NCBI GenBank assembly: GCA_963667035.1
Contig: OY762964.1
Location: forward strand, 960,001 to 1,024,000
Source of the DNA: Candidatus Cloacimonadales bacterium
GTDB lineage: Bacteria > Cloacimonadota > Cloacimonadia > Cloacimonadales > JAFGVF01
Length of the DNA: 64,000 nt
Reading direction: 5' to 3'
This document shows, one piece after another, positions 10,403-20,550 of this stretch (the first letter of the stretch is position 1; every line of letters starts with the position of its first letter). The translations under genes were made by a program, and so were the position numbers. The notes beneath the pieces were generated by a model. It was not told the DNA's origin, made no database searches, and saw nothing but the letters and a program-made list of their open reading frames with translations.

Positions 10403-10620
10403 TACAGCGTCCTAAATAAAGTAGACACATAGATTACTTAGAAAAATTAAAGGTTTACAGAAAATGAAACGGAAACCAGCATTATGTTATAGTGAAATAT
10501 TTAAACGAAAAGTAGTTAAAGAAATCGAAGATGGAGTCCTAACTATTACCCAAGTAAGAACTATCTAGAGCATGGGTGGCACCTTTACTCTTAAGCAATG
10601 GATTGGTGAACAAATATTAG
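10403..10620 (+). pseudogene. IS3-family left-end remnant with truncated OrfA (HTH) pseudogene
   Basis: ATG 10464 gives MKRKPALCYSEIFKRKVVKEIEDGVLTITQVRTI*SMGGTFTLKQWI, which resembles IS3 OrfA. In-frame TAG at 10566. Degenerate IR-like GTCCTAAATAAAGTAGACAC lies upstream. Confidence 0.65.
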
Positions 10621-10722
10621 GTTTATCTTTTACTTGACATGTTAACATAAAAACTTATATCCTTACCTTATCAAATGTACGGGTCTAAGTCCTGAGTACA
10701 ACTATAAATAAAGGAATTCGAT

Positions 10723-11193
10723 ATGAAAGATATGCAGGAGAGTTTCGGAAACTATCTGGAGGATTTTGAAGTAGGTACAATCTACAAGCATTTTCCTTCA
10801 AAAACAATTACTGAAAGTGACAATAATCTCTTCACTCTGCTTACAATGAATCATCATCCTGTACATCTGGATGTTGAATATTGCAAAAAGCACCAACACG
10901 GGAAAATCCTCGTTGTGGGAACTCTAGTGTTTAGTCTGGTTGTTGGAATGACTGTGTCAGAGATAAGTGGAAAAGCCATTGCCAATTTGGATTACGAGAA
11001 AGTAAATCATGACGGTCCTGTATTCATAGGCGACACATTAACTGCCCAAACAGAAGTGTTAAGCGTTAAAGAATCAAAAACAAAACCGGATAGAGGTGTT
11101 GTATATGTTGAAACTACCGCTTATAACCAAAATAATGAGAAAGTCCTTACTTTCAGAAGACATGTATTAATACCAAAGAAATATGCAAAATAG
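10723..11193 (+). CDS. MaoC/FkbR2-like hotdog-fold acyl-CoA (de)hydratase
   Basis: YLEDFEVG, TITESDNNLFTLLTMNHHPVHLD, PVFIGDTL, AYNQNNE. Confidence 0.88.
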   Translation: MKDMQESFGNYLEDFEVGTIYKHFPSKTITESDNNLFTLLTMNHHPVHLDVEYCKKHQHGKILVVGTLVFSLVVGMTVSEISGKAIANLDYEKVNHDGPVFIGDTLTAQTEVLSVKESKTKPDRGVVYVETTAYNQNNEKVLTFRRHVLIPKKYAK

Positions 11194-11992
11194 AAGCTTT
11201 CACTTTATACCGGCAGATAAAGAAGAATTATATGCAAGAGTTGAAGAACTCTCTGCAGACCATGTCATCTTTGATCTTGAAGACGGAGTTTCCGAGGCAG
11301 ATAAGATGTCTGCTCGAATTTTATTGCAAAACTATCTTGAGAATAACTCTCGTGATCGAATCTGGGTAAGAATCAATAGTGATAATAATCTTCCCGAAGA
11401 TATGGAGGTTGTAGGTCGTTTCCCTGAAGTAGGGGTAGTTATTCCAAAGTATAAAGAAAAAGGTCAACTTGATATTCTTCATCATAAGCAGAGAGCTTTA
11501 GTGTTGATTGAAGACTTCTTATCCTGTCAGAGGTTATTGGAAATAGCAGATGATAAGAGAATAGTTGCCGTAGGATTGGGATTTGAGGACATGCTTAGCA
11601 CAATTCCCATAGCTAATGCCCGATTAACAGAATTCATGAAACATATTCGTATGCAAGCTTCGATGAAAGCAAAAGCTTTAGGCAAAATCTCAGTTGATGG
11701 CATCTCTATGATATTCCATGATTTACTCTCACTTAAAGAAGAGTGCGAAGTGGCAAGAGATGCTGCTATTGATGGGAAACTTACTATTCATCCAAAGCAA
11801 ATTGCAGTTGTGAATCAAGTGTTTGGTATTGAGCAGGAATTATACAATCATGCTAAGCGAATCCAGGAATTGAGTGGTCTTGAATCTAATTTTGGTTACC
11901 AGATGATTGACGGAGAGTTGATAACACCACCGAAAGTGGAAAAAGCGAAAAAGATAATTGAATGTATTGAGGATAAAAATGGAAAAATATAG
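11183..11992 (+). CDS. CitE/HpcH-family acyl-CoA lyase (divergent copy)
   Basis: IFDLEDGV, WVRIN, LIE, GFEDM, GKLTIHPKQI. Confidence 0.82.
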   Translation: MQNRSFHFIPADKEELYARVEELSADHVIFDLEDGVSEADKMSARILLQNYLENNSRDRIWVRINSDNNLPEDMEVVGRFPEVGVVIPKYKEKGQLDILHHKQRALVLIEDFLSCQRLLEIADDKRIVAVGLGFEDMLSTIPIANARLTEFMKHIRMQASMKAKALGKISVDGISMIFHDLLSLKEECEVARDAAIDGKLTIHPKQIAVVNQVFGIEQELYNHAKRIQELSGLESNFGYQMIDGELITPPKVEKAKKIIECIEDKNGKI

Positions 11993-12887
11993 CTATCTTC
12001 TTAGAAGTCTGATGTTTGTCCCCGGACATAATGAAAAGTTGATGAAAAGTGCTAAGAAATCAATAGCAGATGCTCTTTTATTGGATCTTGAAGATTCCGT
12101 ACAGCCTGCAGAAAATAAAGCCGTGGCAAGAGCCCTAATAAAAGAACATGTTTCTCAGGGAGACTTCAAGAATTACCACGTTTTCCCAAGAGTAAACGAT
12201 AGAGAAAGCGGATATCTGTTAAAAGACGTTCATGAACTCTCGATTGAAGGAATTACAGGATTTATGTATCCTAAAGCACATAAAGGTGAGGATATCTACT
12301 TCTTTGATAAGTTACTTGAGACAATTGAGTATGAAAAAGGCTTTGAGATAGGTAAATTTAAGATCATCCCTCTCATAGAAACAGCTGCTGCCGTATTGAA
12401 TGCCCAGGAAATATGTCAGGCGTCCGATAGAGTTATTGGTATAGCTTTCGGATGTGAAGACTTTATTACTGATTTAGAAGGTATTCACGATAAGGATGAG
12501 AACAGTTTGTCGACACCTAGAGCAATGATTGCTATGGCGGCAAGAGCAAACAATGTGATTCCGATAGATACGGTGCATATAAATCTTCACGACCTTGATG
12601 ATTTGGAAAAGAACCTGATTATTGCAAAGAACTTCGGGTTTGAAGGAATGCTTATTCTTCATCCTAAAGAACTGGAACTTGCTCATCAATACTTCAGTCC
12701 TACTCAGAAAGAAATCGATGATGCCAGAGAAATGCTATATCTTTTCAACGAATCTCAGAAAGAGGGTAAAGGTGTGGCTTTAATGAATGGTAAGTTCATA
12801 GGACCTCCAATGGTGGCTACAGCTAAGAAGATTCTAAAGAAAGTAGAGTTGATTGAATATAAAAGGAAAAATCGCGATGATGGATAA
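11979..12887 (+). CDS. CitE/malyl-CoA-lyase-family acyl-CoA lyase
   Basis: LRSLMFVPG, DLEDSV, PRVN, LIET, FGCEDF, ILHP. RBS precedes ATG 11979. Confidence 0.88.
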   Translation: MEKYSYLLRSLMFVPGHNEKLMKSAKKSIADALLLDLEDSVQPAENKAVARALIKEHVSQGDFKNYHVFPRVNDRESGYLLKDVHELSIEGITGFMYPKAHKGEDIYFFDKLLETIEYEKGFEIGKFKIIPLIETAAAVLNAQEICQASDRVIGIAFGCEDFITDLEGIHDKDENSLSTPRAMIAMAARANNVIPIDTVHINLHDLDDLEKNLIIAKNFGFEGMLILHPKELELAHQYFSPTQKEIDDAREMLYLFNESQKEGKGVALMNGKFIGPPMVATAKKILKKVELIEYKRKNRDDG

Positions 12888-13671
12888 AGAGAAGACAATT
12901 GAAGAGGAATGGAACCTGTTTAATGAAGCAAAAGCTAAGTCTTTGATAAACAAATTAAAAAAGAAACGACTAAACGGTTATTATGCAGAGACAAGAGAAG
13001 ATGCTCAGAAGCTGGTTCTAGGTTTAATAAGCTCCTTTTCAATTGAATTGGAAGACTGGGAAGGAAAAATAGGAATCGCAGATAGTTTATCGTTACACCA
13101 GATAAATCTTTTTGAAGAGCTGTATGCTGATAATAAATTAGAGATAATAAATCCCTTTAAGCGTTTGGAAGACGGAAGATATAGTGTCTTTGAAGGGCAA
13201 CCTAACGAATGGATCCCTAAAGAGATATATGTACCACTTTTTAAGAAAGTATTTGATTTAGCACGGGAAGCATTGCTATCAGATGTTTTTATAACTAGTG
13301 CTAATGCTTTGACCTGGGAAGGAGAAATAGTCTCAACAGATGGTGTAGGGAATCGTATAGCGGGTGTTATATTCGGACCTAAGAAAGTAATTCTAGTTAT
13401 CGGTATGAATAAAATTGTGAAAGATAGAGATGCTGCTTTTGAAAGGATAAAACATATCTCTGCACCAATGAATCATATCAGACACTACAATAAGCATGAT
13501 ATTCAATTCAAGCGATTGGCTGATTTACCATGCGTTAAACAAGGATATTGTGTCGATTGTAATAGTCCTAATTGTACAAGAAGAGCATCAATTATTGTGC
13601 ATGGTCCTGTAGAAGATTTATACAAAGATAGAATACATATTGTTCTGGTTGGAGAAGAGATAGGGTTATAA
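12877..13671 (+). CDS. LUD-domain (lactate utilization C-like) protein with C-terminal Cys cluster
   Basis: SDVFITSANALTWEGEIVSTDGVGNRIAG, GPKKVILVIGMNKIV, PCVKQGYCVDC. Confidence 0.82.
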   Translation: MMDKEKTIEEEWNLFNEAKAKSLINKLKKKRLNGYYAETREDAQKLVLGLISSFSIELEDWEGKIGIADSLSLHQINLFEELYADNKLEIINPFKRLEDGRYSVFEGQPNEWIPKEIYVPLFKKVFDLAREALLSDVFITSANALTWEGEIVSTDGVGNRIAGVIFGPKKVILVIGMNKIVKDRDAAFERIKHISAPMNHIRHYNKHDIQFKRLADLPCVKQGYCVDCNSPNCTRRASIIVHGPVEDLYKDRIHIVLVGEEIGL

Positions 13672-13693
13672 GAGAGCATTCTGTTTAGGAGGT

Positions 13694-14992
13694 ATGCAAA
13701 TGAGTTTGCCATCCCATTTTACAATGGCATCAGCTATAATAAAGAATTTCATTTTCTATACTCGAAGTATTAACTGGAGTAAGGAAAGATTAAACGAGTA
13801 TCAAAACAAGAAGCTTGTAGAAATAGTGCAATACGCAGGGAAGCATGTTCCGTATTATAGAAACTTGTTTAAAGAAATAGGTCTGGATACAAAAAACTTT
13901 AAAGGGATAGAAGACATTGAGTTAATCCCTTTACTCGATAAGGATACCCTACGAACCCGAAGTAAAGAGTTTATCTCGGATGTTAGTAGTCATTACAAAG
14001 TAAGTATTAATACGACTAGTGGTTCAACAGGTACTCCATTAAACCTTCATATTGATAATGTTAGCAGTTCTCACAAGTATGGAGCTTTTGCGACAGCATA
14101 TATATGGAGTGGATATAAAATTGGAGGGTTAAGATTTGTAATTAAGGGATTCTCAGAATCAAAATCAGAGCCTTATGGGTATGATTTACTCAGAAACATG
14201 ATATTCTTAAATTCAAGCAAGATGACTCGTGAAAATTGCTTGGGTGTATTGAAACTACTAAATAAAAAGAAAATTAACATATATGAAGGATATGCTCGCT
14301 CTTTTATTGATTTCTATCAATACATCGAAGAGTCGGGCGTGAAAATAATTCCCCCTAAAGGTCTTATTTGTTACGGGGAGACTGTTACATCTACAATGAG
14401 AGAGTTTATTGAAAAATCATATAAGACAAATCTATATGATTTTTACAGTCACGCAGAAAATAGTGTTATGATATGCCAAGCAAGTGATTGTAACTTGTAC
14501 TTTATGGAGAGTTATTTTTACCCAGAATTGATTAATAGTGACGGTTCACAATCTGAAAGTGGATTTGGTGAACTAGTAGGAACTAGTTTCAATAACTATG
14601 CAATGCCACTGATAAGGTATAAGACAAGAGATTATATAAAAATGTGTCCCAATCAATCTGATTCAACTTTTAGAAGAGTTGAATCAATTGAAGGGAGAAT
14701 GGATGATCATATACTTTTACCTGATGGAAGAAAGATTTATTTTGCTGAGGGAGCAATAAACTATGCAACAGGAGTCATTGCTGCTCAATACATTCAAGAA
14801 GATAGAGAGAGTCTGATTGTTAATCTAATAACAGACAGTAGCTTTGATGAAAGATCATATACAGGAATTCAAGCAGGACTTGAGAAGAGAATAGGTGATA
14901 GTCTGAAATTAGTATTTAGAAGAGTTAACGAATTGGAAAAGAAGAAATCAGGTAAAGCACCTTTTATAATTAATAGAATAAAGGAGAATTAG
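13694..14992 (+). CDS. Phenylacetate-CoA ligase-like adenylate-forming enzyme (CapK type)
   Basis: HVPYYR, TTSGSTGTP, YSHAE, MPLIRYKTRD, IEGR, KSGK. Confidence 0.85.
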   Translation: MQMSLPSHFTMASAIIKNFIFYTRSINWSKERLNEYQNKKLVEIVQYAGKHVPYYRNLFKEIGLDTKNFKGIEDIELIPLLDKDTLRTRSKEFISDVSSHYKVSINTTSGSTGTPLNLHIDNVSSSHKYGAFATAYIWSGYKIGGLRFVIKGFSESKSEPYGYDLLRNMIFLNSSKMTRENCLGVLKLLNKKKINIYEGYARSFIDFYQYIEESGVKIIPPKGLICYGETVTSTMREFIEKSYKTNLYDFYSHAENSVMICQASDCNLYFMESYFYPELINSDGSQSESGFGELVGTSFNNYAMPLIRYKTRDYIKMCPNQSDSTFRRVESIEGRMDDHILLPDGRKIYFAEGAINYATGVIAAQYIQEDRESLIVNLITDSSFDERSYTGIQAGLEKRIGDSLKLVFRRVNELEKKKSGKAPFIINRIKEN

Positions 14993-15966
14993 TGTATAAA
15001 AAGATTCTGATATTCATAGTGGTATTAGCGATTGTTAGTGTTTCGGTAATAGGAGTGATATATAAAAAATATATCAGCTATTCCTATAAATTTATTCCTC
15101 GTTGGTCGATTGGTGTAGCAAACTATGATGGTGAGATTAATAGTGATACAAACGAATATGCATTAGCTTTTACAAAAGATAATATCTTATATGACAATTC
15201 TTGCTTTGTAGCTGATCCTTATGTGTTGAAAACCGATAGTTTATACTACATGTTCTATGAGAATGGAATTGCAACTGAGAATTACTGGAAAGGCGTAATT
15301 AATTTAGCGGTTAGCAAGGATAAAGTAAACTGGAAGGATTGCGGAACAATTATCAATGAGAAGAATACAATTGCTTTTCCAATTGTATACAAGAATGATA
15401 ACGATTACTATATGACAATTGATAGTTCCGGTTTGGGGGAATTGATAATTTACAAAGCGTTAGAATTTCCTAATAAATGGGCTTGTGTAGATACTCTAAT
15501 ACACGGAGAATGGAGTGATCCGGTTATTCATTACGAGAAAGGACGTTATTATCTATTTACTTCCGAAAGATATACTCATAATGCTCATCTTTTTACATCT
15601 GATGATATTTTAGGTCCATATAAAGAGCACCCTGATAGTCCGATTGTCATGAATAACAAGGCAGTTGGAAGAAACGCAGGAAAGATATTCAGTTATAAAG
15701 GAAATACTTACAGACCGGTACAGGACTGCAGTGAGTTATATGGTAAACAAGTTCGCCTATTGAGAATAGAAACACTTAATGAAAATGACTACATTGAAAA
15801 CGAAGAGAAGAATTCTCCGGTTTTGATCCCTAACGGAGATAGTTGGTACAGTAAAAAGATGCACACATTTAATGTGATTGAAACAGAAGGGGATAAAATA
15901 AGTTTTATAATAGATGGAACCTATGTGGATTATGATAAGACATTAGTAGTTAGGAAGAGGTTATAA
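14992..15966 (+). CDS. Membrane-anchored five-bladed beta-propeller glycoside hydrolase-like protein (GH43/32-like, GINT1 N-terminal type)
   Basis: N-terminal TM; FVADPY, AFP, WSDP, EHPDSPI, RNAG, YRPVQDC..YG. Confidence 0.7.
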   Translation: MYKKILIFIVVLAIVSVSVIGVIYKKYISYSYKFIPRWSIGVANYDGEINSDTNEYALAFTKDNILYDNSCFVADPYVLKTDSLYYMFYENGIATENYWKGVINLAVSKDKVNWKDCGTIINEKNTIAFPIVYKNDNDYYMTIDSSGLGELIIYKALEFPNKWACVDTLIHGEWSDPVIHYEKGRYYLFTSERYTHNAHLFTSDDILGPYKEHPDSPIVMNNKAVGRNAGKIFSYKGNTYRPVQDCSELYGKQVRLLRIETLNENDYIENEEKNSPVLIPNGDSWYSKKMHTFNVIETEGDKISFIIDGTYVDYDKTLVVRKRL

Positions 15967-17022
15967 ATGATAGAGAATTTGGGCTTTTTATCAATGAGGT
16001 TTGAGAAGAATGAGAAAAGAGATTTTAGACCCGAGTTTTTTAGTAATTTAGCTGATTTACCGCAGAAAATAAAACTTGATTACGGATATGGCGAGAAGCT
16101 GGGTTATACAAGAGAGGATTATCTTAGATTAGCTGATAATATTGAGTTTTGTAATAGAAGAGAAGTTTTACAAACAGACTGTCTTGTAGCTGTGAGAACA
16201 CCGATATTGGAAGAGTTAGAGATGATGAAAGAAGGAGCTACAATCTTTTCAATGCTTCATTTCTCAACTCGTTCAAGTAGAAATAGTTTTCTTAAAGCGA
16301 AAGAAATACACATGTATGCTATGGATTCTGTTACTGATGATTTTGGACAAAGAATGATTCAAGATTTCTCTGGAACAGCAAAGAATGCAATCGAGAGTTG
16401 TTTTAATATTATTGATAGAGATAGTATACCAAGTCAATGTAGAACATTAGTACTAGGCTCCGGTGAACTAGGAAAAATCTGTGCTGATAGTGCAATCCGA
16501 TTGTCTCCAATACCTTCAATAGCAGCTACTGTAGGGAAGAGAATTACTGCCGACCAGAAAGAAATGGAATTCTTACTCCGTCAGACTGATATTTTAATTG
16601 ATGCAACTAAGAGAGTAGAAACAAGCAAATATATTATTCCAAATGAATGGATAAGTTATCTGCCTGAGCATGCCGTTATTGTTGATATATCAGCTGATGA
16701 TTACGATACTTCCATTCAGCCCATTCAAGTTAAAGGTATTGAGGGGATACCTACAGGATGTTTAGATAAGTATGTTTTTGATGTGGATGATCCAATATAT
16801 GAATTGATACCAGAATCTGTAAGTACAGAACACAGAAGAAAAGTAGTGAGTTGTAATGCATGGCCCGGAGTTAATGCCTGCTATTGTTTAAACAAGTATG
16901 AGAAACAATTGCTGCCTTTCATATACTTATTGTCAAATAAGAATGAATTCTTAGAAAGTAGTGCTGATGTTTTTGAGAGAGCTTTGTATAGAAGTAGGTA
17001 TTGTAATAATTGTTGGAAATGA
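15967..17022 (+). CDS. Alanine dehydrogenase/PNT superfamily NAD(P)-dependent oxidoreductase (AlaDH / carboxyethyl-amino-acid synthase-like)
   Basis: NEKRDFRP, GYGEKLG, SMLHF, Rossmann LVLGSGELG, DILIDA, IVDISAD. Confidence 0.72.
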   Translation: MIENLGFLSMRFEKNEKRDFRPEFFSNLADLPQKIKLDYGYGEKLGYTREDYLRLADNIEFCNRREVLQTDCLVAVRTPILEELEMMKEGATIFSMLHFSTRSSRNSFLKAKEIHMYAMDSVTDDFGQRMIQDFSGTAKNAIESCFNIIDRDSIPSQCRTLVLGSGELGKICADSAIRLSPIPSIAATVGKRITADQKEMEFLLRQTDILIDATKRVETSKYIIPNEWISYLPEHAVIVDISADDYDTSIQPIQVKGIEGIPTGCLDKYVFDVDDPIYELIPESVSTEHRRKVVSCNAWPGVNACYCLNKYEKQLLPFIYLLSNKNEFLESSADVFERALYRSRYCNNCWK

Positions 17023-17253
17023 TAATATGAATTGACTTTTACACATAAATAAAACAGTTTTCTCAGAATATAATTTGACGAGTTTGCAAATTATTAAACT
17101 CATCTCTTGATGAAGAAAGAATTCTCTTTTCTACATTGAGAGATTTTTTGTTTACTAAATGCGAAAGTCTTTTACTTCTAAATTTGAGTAACAGCACAAG
17201 CATTCGAAATGAAGTTGTCGATGAAGAGACGATTATTAAGGAGTAACCGATTA

Positions 17254-18732
17254 ATGGGTAATAGTAACCAGTTTACGAAGAATGTGTTTATTGTATCTTT
17301 AGGTCCAATTATAGCAGCAGTTATCTCTTTGCTGGCGGAACCAATTATTTCCCGATTATGGCCACCCTTTGACTTTGGTATGATATCATACTTTAATGCC
17401 TTGGTTGCTTCCGTTTCTCCAATTATCTTTCTAAGATACAATTTTGCTATAGTTCAAGCCGGAGATAAAGAAGAAAGGCATAGCTTATTAGTTTTATCAT
17501 TAATGGTTATGGTTCTGTTTATTATCCTTGCATATTCAATATTTCCCATGATTTCACATCTATTTAAGAGTGACTTCCCATTCGCTAAATATCGTCTATT
17601 ACTCTTTACTACAATAGTTTTTGCAGGACAATACACCCTTTTTAGATTTTGGTCGACTAGTGAGAAAAGATTTTCGAGTATTGCATTGTCAGTGATTATA
17701 CTGCAGAGTTCGAACACAATACTGATGCTTTTGTTTGGGTACTTGGGTAAAGCTACTTATGATTATGGTATTATTGCCAGATCATTGTCTTATATTCTTT
17801 GTCCATTAGTAATGTTAGTGATATATCTAAGAAAAGATTTTCCTACTACTTTGAAGATTGTCAGTTGGAAATCAATATTAAAAGTGATGACTAAGTATAA
17901 GAAATATCCTTTGTTAGATTTATGGGGTATTTGGGCTAGCACTTTATCATATCATATCCCGACAGTTTTTATTGCAAAGTATTGGGGACAAGAGATTACC
18001 GGTTTATTCTCGAAAGCTTTTGGGATTCTATATATGATAGTGCTGTTTTTAGGAGATGCCGTAAATAGAGTATTTCATAAAGAAATAGCGGATATGGTTA
18101 ACTCTAAGAGAGATATCTCTGAGTTTCTCAAGAAGGTTGTTGCAACTCTATCGCAGTTATCTCTTCTTCCATTTATACTTCTAATGTTGATAGGACCTGA
18201 AATATTTAGCTTTGTCTTAGGAGAAGTATGGGTTGAAGCAGGTAAGTTTGCAGGAGCAATCTCATTGTGGATGTATTCAATTCTGATTTCAACTGCAGTA
18301 ATACCTCTATATGGAGTTTTAAACAGGCAAGGTCAGATGACTACTTTCTCGATTACTAATGCAGTGTTGAAAGTTGGAATGCTTGTCTTTCTTGGTGGCA
18401 TAGGGATGTCAGGGTTAACTGCTGTATCTATATTCTCAGTAATTAGTACAATTATGATGATAATCCAGTTCTCTATTATTATAAGAATTGCTGGAGTTTC
18501 TTTAATCTCACTGCTTAAAGTGATAGTAAAACCTATATTGCAATTAGTACCACTGATAGTAGTTGTGTTTTCATTAAAACACTTTACTGTACTTCTGGGG
18601 AATAGATTGGTAATTGTTACCGGAATACTTTCTTTACCGTATGCTTATTGGTTCTATTATAAGCAAAAAAACATTCAAAGCATAATAAAGCATGGAATTG
18701 CAATAGTAAAATCCAGGTTACCAAGAAGATAA
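17254..18732 (+). CDS. Wzx-type oligosaccharide flippase
   Basis: Many TM segments; ISRLWPPFDFG, LRYNFAI, KYKKYP, VLGEVWVEAG. RBS AAGGAG precedes ATG 17254. Confidence 0.85.
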   Translation: MGNSNQFTKNVFIVSLGPIIAAVISLLAEPIISRLWPPFDFGMISYFNALVASVSPIIFLRYNFAIVQAGDKEERHSLLVLSLMVMVLFIILAYSIFPMISHLFKSDFPFAKYRLLLFTTIVFAGQYTLFRFWSTSEKRFSSIALSVIILQSSNTILMLLFGYLGKATYDYGIIARSLSYILCPLVMLVIYLRKDFPTTLKIVSWKSILKVMTKYKKYPLLDLWGIWASTLSYHIPTVFIAKYWGQEITGLFSKAFGILYMIVLFLGDAVNRVFHKEIADMVNSKRDISEFLKKVVATLSQLSLLPFILLMLIGPEIFSFVLGEVWVEAGKFAGAISLWMYSILISTAVIPLYGVLNRQGQMTTFSITNAVLKVGMLVFLGGIGMSGLTAVSIFSVISTIMMIIQFSIIIRIAGVSLISLLKVIVKPILQLVPLIVVVFSLKHFTVLLGNRLVIVTGILSLPYAYWFYYKQKNIQSIIKHGIAIVKSRLPRR

Positions 18733-18744
18733 TCTATGATTCTG

Positions 18745-19884
18745 CTATTGTTCTCCGTGAAGTATGTTTAAAATATCTTCTCTACTATCTGATGTTACAA
18801 TTATGTAACCGTATCTTTCAGCACTGTTAGTGACAGCATCACGAATATCATTGCTAAAAATCTCGAATTCTTTAACTATCTCCGGATGCTTCAATTGTAT
18901 ATCTTTGAAGTAATGTAAATCATTACTATTTATTATCCATTTAATGGATGAATAGCTAGTTGGTTTTACGGGAGGAATTGTCACGATCATTCCAATTGCA
19001 TTCTTAACAACTAATTCCACGATATCAATGCCAGTTGATAGTTTTATGAGTTTATTTCTGAAGTCACCACCTAGACGGGCTCCTATTTCGACAAAGAAAA
19101 CATTATTGTCGTTGACTCTTATCTCTGTATGTGAGGCACCACTAACTACTCCTAGAGCGGTAAGTGCTTCTTTGGTTAATCTGATTGCTTTTTGAAGAAT
19201 ATCACCGTGTAGATTACCAGGTATAATATTCATTCTTTCAACAAAAGATGGAGCACCGGTATGGAACTCATCTGTAATAGCAATAAAATGATGTTCTCCA
19301 TTTTGTGTAAACATTTCAACACTAAACTGCTTCCCTTCAAAGTATTCTTCAATAAGTACTTTATCTTTAAAAGAAACACTTAAAGCATCTTTTATAGCAA
19401 AATCCAATTCCTCAATAGAGTTTACAAGATTTACTCCTCTAGCTCCTGATCTGTCTGTTGCTTTAATCATAAAGGGGAAATGCCACTTGGTTAAATCGAT
19501 ATCTTTAATCGAAGAGATAAACTCAAATCTAGGAGATGGGAGGTTATTCTCAGCTAGTTTCCTACGCATTAGATACTTGTTGGTTGTTGATTCGGTACAA
19601 TCCAGAGAATTGCCTATTAATCCTAGTTTATTTGCTATGTAGTTTACTGTTGGCATCGCTAAATCTGATGCTATGGAAACAACTCCATCCGGTGAAATAG
19701 CCTTGCACTGCTCTAATATTTTATCTTTGTCTGTAATCGATATTGGGTAGAAGAAATCACAATATTCTTTTGCAATTGCACCGTCTTCCCAAGCAAATAC
19801 GTGAGACTCCAGTCCAAGCTCTTTTGCTTTCAAAACTAATGGTAGCTGCAAGAAAGAAGCTCCAATAATTACCAATTTCTTCAC
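18745..19884 (-). CDS. ATP-grasp ligase (amino-acyl sugar amide ligase type)
   Basis: IIGASFLQLPL, TNKYLMR, IKATDRSGARGV, IEEY, GASHTE, EIGARLGG. Confidence 0.85.
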   Translation of the reverse strand: MKKLVIIGASFLQLPLVLKAKELGLESHVFAWEDGAIAKEYCDFFYPISITDKDKILEQCKAISPDGVVSIASDLAMPTVNYIANKLGLIGNSLDCTESTTNKYLMRRKLAENNLPSPRFEFISSIKDIDLTKWHFPFMIKATDRSGARGVNLVNSIEELDFAIKDALSVSFKDKVLIEEYFEGKQFSVEMFTQNGEHHFIAITDEFHTGAPSFVERMNIIPGNLHGDILQKAIRLTKEALTALGVVSGASHTEIRVNDNNVFFVEIGARLGGDFRNKLIKLSTGIDIVELVVKNAIGMIVTIPPVKPTSYSSIKWIINSNDLHYFKDIQLKHPEIVKEFEIFSNDIRDAVTNSAERYGYIIVTSDSREDILNILHGEQ

Positions 19885-20534
19885 TATTTTGCCATCCTTA
19901 AGAATTTTGCCGGATTTCCTACCCAGATTTCGTTGGCATTAACATTTTTAGTTAAAACCGCTCCCATTCCTATCGTGGCATTATCACCAATAACCAAATT
20001 CTCTCTAATCGTTGAGTTCAAGCCAATATGGACACCTGTTCCGATGCTAAGATAGGCTCCGACACATGCTTGAGCAGCAACATGAGTGTATTCTCCCAGA
20101 GTAGTGTCATGTCCTATAGTACAAGATACCATCAGAAGAACTCCTTTTTTAAGTACTGCTCCTGACGATATAGCAACATAGGGCATTATAACACTTCCGG
20201 GTGCAACTTTAACATTAGGTGCTACATAAGCTAAAGGATGAATAAAGGTTGCAAGTGATGATTGCGGTATGTTTAACTTCTCAAACATATCAATACGTTC
20301 TTGTTGTCCATCAATTCTAAGTATAGTATTGATGAAATAATAGCCTTTAGCTACAAAATCTGAAGCTTCAGAAATTTTGCCAAGAACCGGGAAACCTTGT
20401 ATCTCATTTGATTCTCTATCATTTAAGTACCCGGCAAACTCCCACTCGGTTTGCCCACGTTTATTTGCATCTACTATGGCATTAGCAATGACTGAGCCAT
20501 TACCAAGACCTCCGAGGATTATAATTTTTTTCAT
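19884..20534 (-). CDS. NeuD/PglD-family sugar O/N-acyltransferase (hexapeptide repeat)
   Basis: N-terminal Rossmann-like IILGGLGNG, ATFIHP, IGHD, left-handed beta-helix repeats, VGNPAK. Confidence 0.87.
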   Translation of the reverse strand: MKKIIILGGLGNGSVIANAIVDANKRGQTEWEFAGYLNDRESNEIQGFPVLGKISEASDFVAKGYYFINTILRIDGQQERIDMFEKLNIPQSSLATFIHPLAYVAPNVKVAPGSVIMPYVAISSGAVLKKGVLLMVSCTIGHDTTLGEYTHVAAQACVGAYLSIGTGVHIGLNSTIRENLVIGDNATIGMGAVLTKNVNANEIWVGNPAKFLRMAK

Positions 20535-20550
20535 TTGAGCTCCTATTAAG

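Noticed and set aside
10209..10415. 68-aa ORF over array A
   Set aside because: No RBS, and the 11-bp period is not a multiple of 3; the ORF is a by-product of the repeat.
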